Assembly: GCA_018001695.1 (NCBI GenBank)
Contig: JAGNHN010000002.1
Span: 31,602 to 95,601, forward strand
DNA from: Lentimicrobiaceae bacterium
Lineage (GTDB): Bacteria; Bacteroidota; Bacteroidia; Bacteroidales; JAGNHN01
Direction: 5' to 3'
Length of the DNA stretch: 64,000 nt
Shown here: positions 41,401 through 48,984 of the stretch, one piece after another
How positions within the stretch are numbered: position 1 is the first letter of the stretch
How the letters are laid out: the number at the start of each line of letters is the position of its first letter
Made by a program: the position numbers and the translations under genes
Notes under the pieces: generated by a model
What the model was told of the DNA's origin: nothing
Seen by the model: the letters and a program-made list of their open reading frames with translations, nothing else
Databases searched by the model: none

Positions 41401-42853
41401 TCGTATCGATGATAACAATACCGGGCCTGATGCGCAGCGGGTCACCGTAAATACAGCGGACCGAGCGGGCATAATCCAGCACGCTGCTGTCCCTGAGCAC
41501 CCCGTCATGCATCATATCAAAACCCCTGATGATGGCTTTCCCAGCGGCATTGCGCGAAGTGGACCAGTACTTTCCGTACAGCATCAACCCATCAAAGACG
41601 CCATTCGCATCTGCCTGTCCGCCCAGCATGGCATGAAACATCCCGGGAAGCTGGAGGTGCATGCCGGCGATCATCCCTCGCCAGCCAAAGAGAAGAGGAT
41701 CTGCAATTACAGGATCGACAAAATGCTCCAGGGCATACCAGTCCGCATCGGTCGGCAGTCGCCAGTCAGGTGGGCAGATACCCCGTGACTGTTCATCCTG
41801 CGCATAGGCCATCATTTCATCCCATTGGTATAATCCGCCAGACTGCGCACAGAGCAGGCTGTCATCGTTGAAACACCTCTTTTCAATGGTATCGTTATCA
41901 GAAAACGTCTGACCTGCCGTCAGGAGCACGCCCGTATTCAGGTTTTGTCCCATCCAGCACTGGTTGCCGATCAGAACCGTTGGGTAAGCGCGTCCATCCC
42001 TGGGGTCCGTATACATATCGCCGCATTGCACAAACACCGGAACAGGGGGCGCTATCAGGACCGCAGGCGGCACAGGACTGGTAAAAACTGAATTGATGGC
42101 CGTCGTTCCGGTCAGCATGACGAGGTTCTGGATGATGCGGGAAGCATCGTTACCCGAGCCACTATATTTAACAACCCCATTGAGATCCACATCCTCGTCG
42201 TAATAACCATTTAGGGTGGCATTGATGGCCGTACTTCCGGTTTCGCTCACGATGCGTTGCAGGATAAGACTGCGGTCATTACCCTGCCCACTGTATTTGA
42301 TTTTCATATCGTGACTGACATCCCCCGCGACCAGACCCATGATGCCTCCGCCCAGGTCGATACCACCATTCGACTTCATGACGAACCCGCCCCCTCCGGC
42401 TAAGTCGATGATCCCCGCTGATGGCAGTGGTAATGGTTGATCTGTCATCACCGGCAGGTGATTACGGTGCATCAGCACAACGAAATACGGCCGGGACGGA
42501 ACAGCCATGCTCACCAGCAGGCTTCCGTTCAGGTCCCTAACCCTGCCATCATTGCCAAGCAGGACTGCTTTGCGCATCACTGCAGTATCGGGATGCGTCC
42601 GCAGTTCTATCAACACCCAGTCGACCATCCATGCCGGAGCGGAGGCCAGGGTTTCTGTTCCCGAATAATGCCAGGGGGCACCCTGATAAGGTTGCTGCAA
42701 GGGCAGCAAGCCCGCAGCATTTAAATCCGTGGACATGGATTCAATACCTGTGTAGGGTCCCTGCAGAAAAGCCCTGATTTCCAAGGTCACCTGCTGACCG
42801 ATGCCATGGCTTAAGCATAGCATGAAAGATAAGAAGAGTAAGGGTTTCTTCAT
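38474..42853 (-). CDS. 1,459-aa secreted protein with three Fibrobacter-succinogenes-major-paralogous (FISH, TIGR02145-like) domains, an Ig-like domain and an unassigned central region
   Basis: Signal peptide MKKPLLFLSFMLCLSHGIGQ. Three copies of CGD..D.R....Y.T..IG.QCWM..NL......GGLYQW.EAM......GICP.GW..P.D..W..LE....FW(T/S)S....R(S/A)(V/I)RC(L/I). ATG at 42853. Confidence 0.85.
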   Translation of the reverse strand: MKKPLLFLSFMLCLSHGIGQQVTLEIRAFLQGPYTGIESMSTDLNAAGLLPLQQPYQGAPWHYSGTETLASAPAWMVDWVLIELRTHPDTAVMRKAVLLGNDGRVRDLNGSLLVSMAVPSRPYFVVLMHRNHLPVMTDQPLPLPSAGIIDLAGGGGFVMKSNGGIDLGGGIMGLVAGDVSHDMKIKYSGQGNDRSLILQRIVSETGSTAINATLNGYYDEDVDLNGVVKYSGSGNDASRIIQNLVMLTGTTAINSVFTSPVPPAVLIAPPVPVFVQCGDMYTDPRDGRAYPTVLIGNQCWMGQNLNTGVLLTAGQTFSDNDTIEKRCFNDDSLLCAQSGGLYQWDEMMAYAQDEQSRGICPPDWRLPTDADWYALEHFVDPVIADPLLFGWRGMIAGMHLQLPGMFHAMLGGQADANGVFDGLMLYGKYWSTSRNAAGKAIIRGFDMMHDGVLRDSSVLDYARSVRCIYGDPLRIRPGIVIIDTTQSLLLSDSIMQGQGLYVFEHIGQDTLVLDTGMVFIGVTGGGYLRKVVQVLQTSPLLQVQTEQATLEDVFIDAEFGTDFFLNSAKDPKLISSGFSYLANGVIPRVGKGGLSYDFSNTILYQNGPLTITIDTGYFTFDPNFVFKFKYKSGRVQRLAFYTENALFEHQIDIGMYVTQASTLMDYDQTIATYKWNIFFMVGYIPVIIEVKADLHAVSKASFDAALNATFGYKDSKNFSIGAIYEYEQWKKVFDYQSNFEVHPFTWGGQVHFRQYAALIPKVSVKLYGVAGPYMTATAYDSLRANVAFPSFDWDAVLQLGLNASIGAEVTVCGSTLANYSQQLFAYDTNIWESPYRIQIISGDEQVGEAGEMLSVPVKVKVTDNIGQCFLPVPVHFSVASGGGSLADTVVYTTPNGYAQTYWTLGDQPGQQALSVQVRRADSTQIQHSPLTFTAVAFDHGPALQPCPGLDSVIFDGQTYHTVQIGTQCWMNRNLDAGVRINTGQNASDNGIMQKYCYADDETNCLLYGGLYNWSEAMAYTTAEGSQGICPQGWHIPSDGDWKRLEGYADSIYGIGDGVWDSVLYRGYDAGWRLKASSGWGLSGNGIDHFGLRVFPGGNRVAGGQAYQGLGQQTLFWTSNESGSASSWYRMLDGSHSSVYRNTADKSLAAAIRCLRDTSCSPLPDTAYAGPDQLNLGGNAAIMAANQPVNGTGYWSVYSGSGGSFLSHYSPFTKFTGQYGSTYVLIWTISNFCGANSDTVVISFAPYVYACGDTFVDTRNNMKYPTKLIGSQCWMMRNLNIGTMISGPTQMANNGVIEKYCLDNQSYQCDYYGGLYQWTEAMQYSTTAGAQGICPSGWHIPTDEEWKALEGNADSYYGVGSTQWDIFGWRGLDAGTRLKSTYGWLSGVTGTDVLGFKVLPVGYRLYNNGTFAVYGHAAYFWTSNEVSNNAWYRHLLTTHQDIKRDYAYKTNGFSVRCLKN
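38477..39106 (-). other. FISH domain 3 (aa ~1250-1459)
   Basis: CGDTFVDTRNNMKYPTKLIGSQCWMMRNLN...GGLYQWTEAMQY...GICPSGWHIPTDEEWKALE...FWTSNE...GFSVRCLKN. Confidence 0.75.
39389..40018 (-). other. FISH domain 2 (aa ~946-1155)
   Basis: CPGLDSVIFDGQTYHTVQIGTQCWMNRNLD...GGLYNWSEAMAY...GICPQGWHIPSDGDWKRLE...FWTSNE...AAAIRCL. Confidence 0.75.
41447..42025 (-). other. FISH domain 1 (aa ~277-469)
   Basis: CGDMYTDPRDGRAYPTVLIGNQCWMGQNLN...GGLYQWDEMMAY...GICPPDWRLPTDADWYALE...YWSTS...ARSVRCIY. Confidence 0.75.
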
Positions 42854-43027
42854 GTCCGCTCAGTGTTAAAGCAATGTACGGCGTTCGAAAACCGGGTTTG
42901 CGGGTAGTTCATCCCGGCGCAGATATGGGGAGATAATATACAAAAAAAACCAATAAAATCGCAAGTACATTACAGCATCATTATAATACTGCTTATCAAT
43001 TACTTACGTAATTATTCGTATGAAAAT

Positions 43028-44374
43028 TTACAAATCCAGCAGTCCAAGATACCTGTGATGGCCGAGGCAGGCGGTGATGATTTGCTGAGTATCGCGGTCG
43101 GAAGGTTGGCGTGTGACCAGTGAACACAACTCTCCGGGCGGCGAGCTAAGCATATCCTGATCAACATGGGTATAACCTGCATACTGTCCCTGGCGGATGA
43201 GAATGAGACTGCGCTCCTGTTCGTGCCTCCCACGGTCTATGATGAAGAAGCTACGCTCATCCAGAATATACGGACTAACGGCTTTCATAACACGTTCGTT
43301 ATAAGAGGCAGGTGTTTCTGCACCGATGCAGGCACCCAGGCACTGCCCGATGCCATGGTGGAAACAAGCGGAAGTTGATTTGTATAAACCGCATAGCTTC
43401 TGGCAAAGCTGGTGACGCTCACACAAGGTTTCGAGCAGGCCTTTGGCCTCCGCCATGGAGGAAAACAGGGCAAGATTGTCCTGATCTTCCTTCAGCCTTT
43501 TTGCGCTGAGACGGAGATAACCATCTTTGCCTTCCTGCATTATCAATGCAGTTGTAAATATTTTGCGCCTGCCCTTTTGGTTGTAAAGCGGCATCAGGGC
43601 TTTGATCTCGGCCGATTCGCGCAACAGCGCCAGGGTTTCACTGCCGGTGATTTCAAAGCCCACATCCCTCACCTTCTCCCGCATGTTCAGCCCTTTGATG
43701 GTCTTGTCGTTTGCGAAATGATCGCTTACTCTCTGACGGATGTTGGTGCTCTTCCCGACATAGATCACATCCCCTTTTTCATCATGAAGATAATAAATAC
43801 CGGTACCTTCAGGCAGTCGCCCAAGGATATCCTTTCGCAAGCCTGCATCAACGGGGGCATTGCTGCCATGGATCAGGTCCGGCCTGACGCTTAGTACTTT
43901 GCTGAATACCTCAAAGGTGGCTCGGGCATCCTCACCTGCACGGTGGTGGATCGTCCGTGGAATATCCAGGCTGGCACAGAGGTTGGGAAGGCTATAGGAG
44001 CGTAAGCCCGGAAAGGCCTTACGACTCATGCGCACCGTGCAAAGGGTTTTTCGCTGATAGACATAACCCAGACGACGAAACTCCTCTCTCAAAAAAGCGT
44101 AGTCAAAACCCACATTATGCCCCACCAGCGTGCAGCCCTCAGTCATCAGTACAATCTCACGCGCGACCTCAAAAAACTGCGGCGCGTCTGCCACCATCTC
44201 ATTAGTGATGCCTGTCAGCCGGCTGATTTCATAGGGGATGCTGCGCCCGGGATGGATGAGACTTGAATATTCCTGGCATACTTCCTGACCATCAAAGAGG
44301 ATTACCGCGACCTCGGTGAGGCTCTCACGGTGAAAATTCAGCCCTGTTGTCTCTACGTCTATGATGGCAAACAT
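43028..44374 (-). CDS. DnaQ-like 3'-5' exonuclease fused to a GIY-YIG / UvrC-N-terminal (Cho-like) nuclease
   Basis: Exo I motif MFAIIDVETTGL and HNVGFDYAFL. GIY-YIG segment GIYYLHDEKGDVIYVGKSTNIRQRVSDHF. UvrC-type Cys cluster CFHHGIGQCLGAC. ATG at 44374; the ORF-track start at 44404 is a TTG. Confidence 0.8.
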   Translation of the reverse strand: MFAIIDVETTGLNFHRESLTEVAVILFDGQEVCQEYSSLIHPGRSIPYEISRLTGITNEMVADAPQFFEVAREIVLMTEGCTLVGHNVGFDYAFLREEFRRLGYVYQRKTLCTVRMSRKAFPGLRSYSLPNLCASLDIPRTIHHRAGEDARATFEVFSKVLSVRPDLIHGSNAPVDAGLRKDILGRLPEGTGIYYLHDEKGDVIYVGKSTNIRQRVSDHFANDKTIKGLNMREKVRDVGFEITGSETLALLRESAEIKALMPLYNQKGRRKIFTTALIMQEGKDGYLRLSAKRLKEDQDNLALFSSMAEAKGLLETLCERHQLCQKLCGLYKSTSACFHHGIGQCLGACIGAETPASYNERVMKAVSPYILDERSFFIIDRGRHEQERSLILIRQGQYAGYTHVDQDMLSSPPGELCSLVTRQPSDRDTQQIITACLGHHRYLGLLDL

Positions 44375-44404
44375 TGGAACCAAGAGTGGTAATGGAACCA
44401 GCAA

Positions 44405-44710
44405 TCAGCTGGCAATAAGACGTGTGGCATTCTTTTTTATCCTCAAAAGAACATGCTGTTTCTTAAGCTGCTCTTCCTCAATATCATAATCATCCTGCAA
44501 GCCCAACCAGAACTTCGCTGTTGTCCCAAAATAGGAGGCCAATCTCAATGCTGTATCAGCTGTTATCCTTCGCCTGCCTTTGATAATCTGTGATATTCTG
44601 GTTTGAGGTAGATCTGTATCCTGTGATAACCTGTATGCTGTGATGCCAAGAGGTAGCAAAAACTCATGCTGGAGTACCTCTCCCGGATGAATATTTTTAA
44701 GTCTGTCCAT
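44405..44710 (-). CDS. higA: HigA-family antitoxin (XRE HTH)
   Basis: HPGEVLQHEFLLPLGITAYRLSQDTDLPQTRISQIIKGRRRITADTALRLASYFGTTAKFWLGLQDDYD matches the HigA-family signature. It lies 11 nt downstream of higB. Confidence 0.85.
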   Translation of the reverse strand: MDRLKNIHPGEVLQHEFLLPLGITAYRLSQDTDLPQTRISQIIKGRRRITADTALRLASYFGTTAKFWLGLQDDYDIEEEQLKKQHVLLRIKKNATRLIAS

Positions 44711-44721
44711 TGCGTTCTGGT

Positions 44722-44997
44722 TTAGTGATAATCTGTTATTTTAACAGCATCTGCATTGTTTCCTAGCCATTTAAAGATAATGCGCCATTGATCATTGATT
44801 CTGATATTGAAGAATTCTGTGCCTATTAGCTTCTCCAGTTTGTTGGAAGGTGGAATTCGCAGATCGGACCAGTTCTGGGCGTTATTAATCATCCTCAGCT
44901 TCCTTCGCCCTGCTTCCTGCACCTCCAGGGGCAGGTTTTTAACCCGTTCTCCCTTCCAGTTCCGCTCCGTTTCCTTTGTCCCAAAACCAAGAATCAT
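44722..44997 (-). CDS. higB: HigB-type toxin (plasmid maintenance system killer, RelE/ParE superfamily)
   Basis: 91 aa ending ..INDQWRIIFKWLGNNADAVKITDYH. The toxin-first gene order is typical of higBA. Confidence 0.8.
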   Translation of the reverse strand: MILGFGTKETERNWKGERVKNLPLEVQEAGRRKLRMINNAQNWSDLRIPPSNKLEKLIGTEFFNIRINDQWRIIFKWLGNNADAVKITDYH

Positions 44998-45021
44998 ACT
45001 ATCATTTCACATTACTAACGT

Positions 45022-45029
45022 CAAAGATA
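45022..45029 (-). promoter_or_regulatory. Candidate -7 promoter box TATCTTTG for higB
   Basis: Plus-strand caaagata is TATCTTTG on the minus strand, 25 nt upstream of ATG 44997. Confidence 0.4.
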
Positions 45030-45353
45030 ATTATTTTCCTGTATAATTTGAAGCAAATCTGCGCTTATTGTCAAAAATCATTTTCAGTTCCTGGTGCAGT
45101 AGAAAAAGATATTATCAGGCAATGTGCCGGTCTCAAAAGGAAACCCCTATATTTGCCACTCCAAAATCATTGGATGTTAATTACTGCTTCGGATAGGGTG
45201 AGGTAAATAAGTCCGGGTGCAAAGCCCAGGCTTATCCCATCGTTGTTACCGGTCATTTCAGGCCGGTTGTTTTGCATTTCTATTTCAACAAAAAATCAGA
45301 ATTACCAAAGGATCTATGTGGATCTCTGGTAGTTATTAAAAACAAAGACAACC

Positions 45354-46127
45354 ATGAGCAACGAAAACACCTCTATCCATGACTTTGACATCAACCTGAT
45401 CTGCGAATATTACGCCGGAGTGGAACGCCAGGGACCTGGCAGTCCCGATGTCACTCTCAAGGCCCTCAGCTTCATCGACAAACCGGGTGCTGACACCCAT
45501 ATCCTTGACCTTGGCTGTGGAAGCGGCAGCCAGTCAATGGTACTGGCGCAACATACCCCTGCACAGATTACGGGCATCGATCTGTTCCCCGGCTTCATCG
45601 AACAATACAACCGGCGCGCTGCCGATCAACAGTGCAGCGAGAGGGTTAAAGGCATCACCGGAAGCATGTTTGACATTCCTTACCCGCCGGAATCCATTGA
45701 TGTGATATGGTCAGAAGGCGCCATTTATAATATCGGGTTTCAGCGTGGTTTGCAGGAATGGCATTCCTATCTGAAACCAGGAGGGTATGTGGCCGTCACG
45801 GAGGCTTCCTGGTTCACAGCTGAGCGTCCGGCCGAGATCCATGATTTCTGGATGCAGGCCTATCCTGAGATTGACACCATCCCGCACAAGGTAGCGCAGT
45901 TGCAGGAAGCAGGCTATGTGCCTGTAGCCGCGTTCATTCTGCCGGAAGAATGCTGGACGGACTGGTTCTACAAGCCTCAGGCAGCGGCACAGGAACTGTT
46001 TCTGAAGAAGTACCCAGGAGATAAGACCGCTGAAGCACTGATCGCCAATGAGCGTCATGAAGAACAACTCTACCACAGATACAAGGCCTATTATGGATAT
46101 GTATTCTATATAGGTCGAAAGATCTGA
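45354..46127 (+). CDS. Class I SAM-dependent methyltransferase (small-molecule/protein type)
   Basis: Motif I ILDLGCGSGSQSMVLA. Post-II-like FDIPYPPESIDVIWSEGAIYNIG. No DPPY/NPPY or PCQ DNA-methyltransferase motifs seen. Confidence 0.75.
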   Translation: MSNENTSIHDFDINLICEYYAGVERQGPGSPDVTLKALSFIDKPGADTHILDLGCGSGSQSMVLAQHTPAQITGIDLFPGFIEQYNRRAADQQCSERVKGITGSMFDIPYPPESIDVIWSEGAIYNIGFQRGLQEWHSYLKPGGYVAVTEASWFTAERPAEIHDFWMQAYPEIDTIPHKVAQLQEAGYVPVAAFILPEECWTDWFYKPQAAAQELFLKKYPGDKTAEALIANERHEEQLYHRYKAYYGYVFYIGRKI

Positions 46128-46138
46128 TCAATACAGTA

Positions 46139-46178
46139 TCAGGGGCTACCTCAGCGCATGGGGTAGCCCCTGATTTTT
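46139..46178. terminator. Strong bidirectional rho-independent terminator between convergent genes
   Basis: tcaggggctacc-tcagcgcatgg-ggtagcccctga gives a 12-bp stem, followed by ttttt. Confidence 0.75.
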
Positions 46179-46251
46179 GGGATTGGGTATGTATGCCCAA
46201 TAGCGCTTTGGCGAAATTGGAAACAATAAAAACCTGATTCACAAATCACTA

Positions 46252-46620
46252 CTAATCCTGTTCAGGTTCACTGTTATCAGGCTGCAGTCTGTTCGCCGAT
46301 GGTTCCTGCAAAATAAGATTCGTGACTGCGTCGTAGAAAATTTGTCCTGTTTGCCTAATCTGGGCTCGCAGATCGGGATTTTCGATTTCATCCAATAGAC
46401 CAATATCGATCTTATAGGGAAGCAGGAGATCATCCAATTGACCCTCGAGGTGCATCAACTCACTGTATGTGAGACTTCCTACAATAGCCAAATCAATATC
46501 GGAGGATCGCTTATAGTCACCTCGTGCCCTTGAACCGTAGATAATCACACGCTTGATGCCCTGATATTTTTCAAAGCATCGGCAGATGTTTACAATATAA
46601 TTTTCACTTAACCCAAACAT
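46252..46620 (-). CDS. Minimal nucleotidyltransferase (MNT, HI0073-like)
   Basis: IYGSRARGDYKRSSDIDLAIV matches the GSxxxGxxxxxSDxDL NTase motif. It overlaps the upstream HEPN-like gene by 13 nt. Confidence 0.8.
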   Translation of the reverse strand: MFGLSENYIVNICRCFEKYQGIKRVIIYGSRARGDYKRSSDIDLAIVGSLTYSELMHLEGQLDDLLLPYKIDIGLLDEIENPDLRAQIRQTGQIFYDAVTNLILQEPSANRLQPDNSEPEQD

Positions 46621-47042
46621 TGTAACTGGCTTATAGGATCGCTTTCATCCTTTCTCTTAATGCAGTAAAAAGATGAATATATGAGTTCACTATTTTTATC
46701 TATCAAGCCTTTGGCAATATCTTCACTATATGTATGACTTGAGAGGTTGCGGCTGCGGATCATTTCCATCCAACCATCTCCATCATCGATCAGATTCTTG
46801 TGAAAGGCTTCCCGAAAGGCATCCCTCGGTCCTGAGATCCCTGCATTTATCTGATATTCGAAATAATCCCGCAACACATTCCATGCCAGCTCATAGGTAA
46901 ACTCGAATCGCTTGATCATACCCTGCTCTTCCAATTCATTCATAGTGTTTTCAGCGTGTCGACGAACAGCCTCCTCCAGCAATGATAGTACTTTCATATA
47001 GCTGTTCAACCTTTGCTTCCACCTACGGCCAGAAGTTGTCAT
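46608..47042 (-). CDS. HI0074-family nucleotidyltransferase substrate-binding (HEPN-like) protein
   Basis: IRSRNLSSHTYSEDIA contains the R-x4-H (RNxxxHxY) motif. The protein looks helical. ATG at 47042; the ORF-track start at 47048 is a TTG. Confidence 0.75.
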   Translation of the reverse strand: MTTSGRRWKQRLNSYMKVLSLLEEAVRRHAENTMNELEEQGMIKRFEFTYELAWNVLRDYFEYQINAGISGPRDAFREAFHKNLIDDGDGWMEMIRSRNLSSHTYSEDIAKGLIDKNSELIYSSFYCIKRKDESDPISQLQCLG

Positions 47043-47277
47043 CCTCAACTATTTATAACAATACAATACATTTTCTAGTTAAGCACAAACTGCCATAACC
47101 CATGCTGCCAGCCTTACACCTTAAACTAACTAACCCACTGTCCTGTGCTTATGGAAAAGTTAGTATACATTCTCCACACACACAAGCTAAGGAAAACATC
47201 TGAATTAAAGCACCTTGCGAACATATTACATCATGCCCTATTATCCAGAACAATGATGCAAGCCTTGCTGAACCTTC

Positions 47278-48768
47278 TCATCCCTGCAATGCGTCCAACG
47301 GCACATAAGCTTTGGCCAGGCATTGGCTCACACGTGCAAAGTCATCGGGTGTATCTGTCAGTACCATGAGAATGTCGTGGGCTTTGATCTCAGTAGAACC
47401 ACCTGGTCGGATATACTCTCCGGCTCTTTTTATCATGACGATAAAGGCAGTCTTAGGAAAATGCAGGTCCACGATACGTTTATCAACGGCAAAATAGTCC
47501 GGCAGGATCACCACTTCCTGCAGCGAAGACTTGGGCAGGTCGGCGATGAGTTTTTCGATTTCTGATATCGGTTTTACCTTCCCTGGTAGCGCCACATGCA
47601 GCCAGCGAGCCACCACCGGAAGGGTCGTTCCCTGAATGAGAACAGAGGTGACCGATATGAAGAAGACCATATTGAAGATGGCATTGGCCTTATCGATTCC
47701 TGCCAGCAAGGGATAGGTGGCGAAAACGATCGGAACGGCTCCGCGTAATCCGACCCATGAGATGTACCACCGCCTGCGCTGGCGCATTTTAAAAGGAAGC
47801 AGGCTTATAAAAACACTCAACGGCCTGGCTACAATAATCAGGAAGAGCGATATGAGCAATCCTACGCCGACATATGGCATCACCTCCGAGGGATACACCA
47901 GCAACCCCAATGTCAGAAAGAGCACGATCTGCATGAGCCAGGCCAGCCCATCGTACATTTTGAAGATGGTTTTCTTGTGGATCAGATCCTGATTGCCAAT
48001 GTAAACAGCACAGATATATATGGCCAGAAAGCCATTGCCTCCGATAAAATCCGTTGCCGAAAAGGTGATAAACATCAGCGTGATGACGAGTACAGGATAA
48101 AGTCCCTCAAAATCAAGCTGTATACGATTAATAACAAATTTACTAAGCCTTGCAAAACCATATCCTGCCAGCCCACCCAGCACCATTTGTTGCAGGAAGA
48201 GGGGGATGATGGAGGCAAGACTTTGGTCCTGGTTGATGACCAGTGTCAGGAAAGCGATGGTCAGCACATAGGCCATGGGGTCATTGCTGCCGCTTTCGAG
48301 TTCAAGGACAGAGCGCAGATTCGCTTTCAGGGCAAGACTTTTTGAGCGCAATATGGAAAACACGGCAGCGGCATCCGTTGAAGAGACGATGGAACCCAGC
48401 AACATACTCTCATAAAAAGTAAAATCCGTGATCAGCCAGACGAAGGTACCCAGCGACAGGGCGGTGAGCAGCACGCCCACTGTCGACAGGCTTATACCCT
48501 GACGCAGGATGGGTTTAACCGTCTTCCAGTCGGTATCGAGACCACCAGAAAAGAGGATGAAGTTAAGCGATATGATGCCGATAAACTGGGCAATTCTCGG
48601 GTCATCGAAGCGTATTCCAGCGATGCCTTCAGATCCGGCCAGCATGCCGACAGCCAGGAAGAACAGGAGTGTTGGTACACCAAACTTATAGGAAGTCTTG
48701 CCGGCGACGATACTGACAAACAGCAGCAACGAACCCACCAGAAGGATGTTCTCAATGGTCAAATTCAT
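47278..48768 (-). CDS. nhaP2: K+/H+ antiporter of the NhaP2/CvrA type (CPA1) with a C-terminal TrkA-C-like domain
   Basis: About 11 TM segments (MNLTIENILLVGSLLLFVSIVAGK..GVPTLLFFLAVGMLAGSEG..). The soluble C-terminal tail is ..VVILPDYFAVDKRIVDLHFPKTAFIVMIKRAGEYIRPGGSTEIKAHDILMV. Confidence 0.75.
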   Translation of the reverse strand: MNLTIENILLVGSLLLFVSIVAGKTSYKFGVPTLLFFLAVGMLAGSEGIAGIRFDDPRIAQFIGIISLNFILFSGGLDTDWKTVKPILRQGISLSTVGVLLTALSLGTFVWLITDFTFYESMLLGSIVSSTDAAAVFSILRSKSLALKANLRSVLELESGSNDPMAYVLTIAFLTLVINQDQSLASIIPLFLQQMVLGGLAGYGFARLSKFVINRIQLDFEGLYPVLVITLMFITFSATDFIGGNGFLAIYICAVYIGNQDLIHKKTIFKMYDGLAWLMQIVLFLTLGLLVYPSEVMPYVGVGLLISLFLIIVARPLSVFISLLPFKMRQRRRWYISWVGLRGAVPIVFATYPLLAGIDKANAIFNMVFFISVTSVLIQGTTLPVVARWLHVALPGKVKPISEIEKLIADLPKSSLQEVVILPDYFAVDKRIVDLHFPKTAFIVMIKRAGEYIRPGGSTEIKAHDILMVLTDTPDDFARVSQCLAKAYVPLDALQG

Positions 48769-48790
48769 CTATCAATCTATCTCGGCTTGC

Positions 48791-48798
48791 CAAAGATA
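48791..48798 (-). promoter_or_regulatory. Candidate -7 promoter box TATCTTTG for nhaP2
   Basis: Plus-strand caaagata, 23 nt upstream of ATG 48768. Confidence 0.4.
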
Positions 48799-48984
48799 GC
48801 AGAAAATGCTGGTTTTGCCCGATGGACCTTTCAAGGCTCTGGCCATCATTTTTTCGGAAATAACAGCGTTGGTTAAAAAAAAATGGCAATTCCAGGGGCG
48901 TCTGGGGCAGTGTTCTGCGTATATATGATAGGCAAAGGGCTATCGTAAGGCGCTTCTGCCGTTGATAGCAAACCAACAGGAAGC

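Noticed and set aside
38474-42853. The FISH-domain protein as a target of a diversity-generating retroelement.
   Set aside because: There is no reverse transcriptase gene in the window. No near-identical template/variable repeat pair with A-specific mismatches was seen. The three FISH domains are diverged throughout.
45030-45353. A riboswitch or structured leader upstream of the SAM methyltransferase. A TATATTTG box at 45148-45155 would give a ~200-nt leader.
   Set aside because: I could not recognise any known riboswitch core (SAM-I, SAM-II, SAM/SAH and others). Only weak local hairpins are present. The region also has to hold the divergent higB promoter.
43028-46127. A GIY-YIG nuclease plus SAM methyltransferase acting as a restriction-modification pair.
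   Set aside because: The methyltransferase shows only small-molecule-type class I motifs, with no (D/N/S)PP(Y/F) or PCQ/ENV DNA-methyltransferase motifs. The genes are divergent and separated by higBA. The nuclease has the UvrC/Cho-type Cys cluster typical of repair enzymes.
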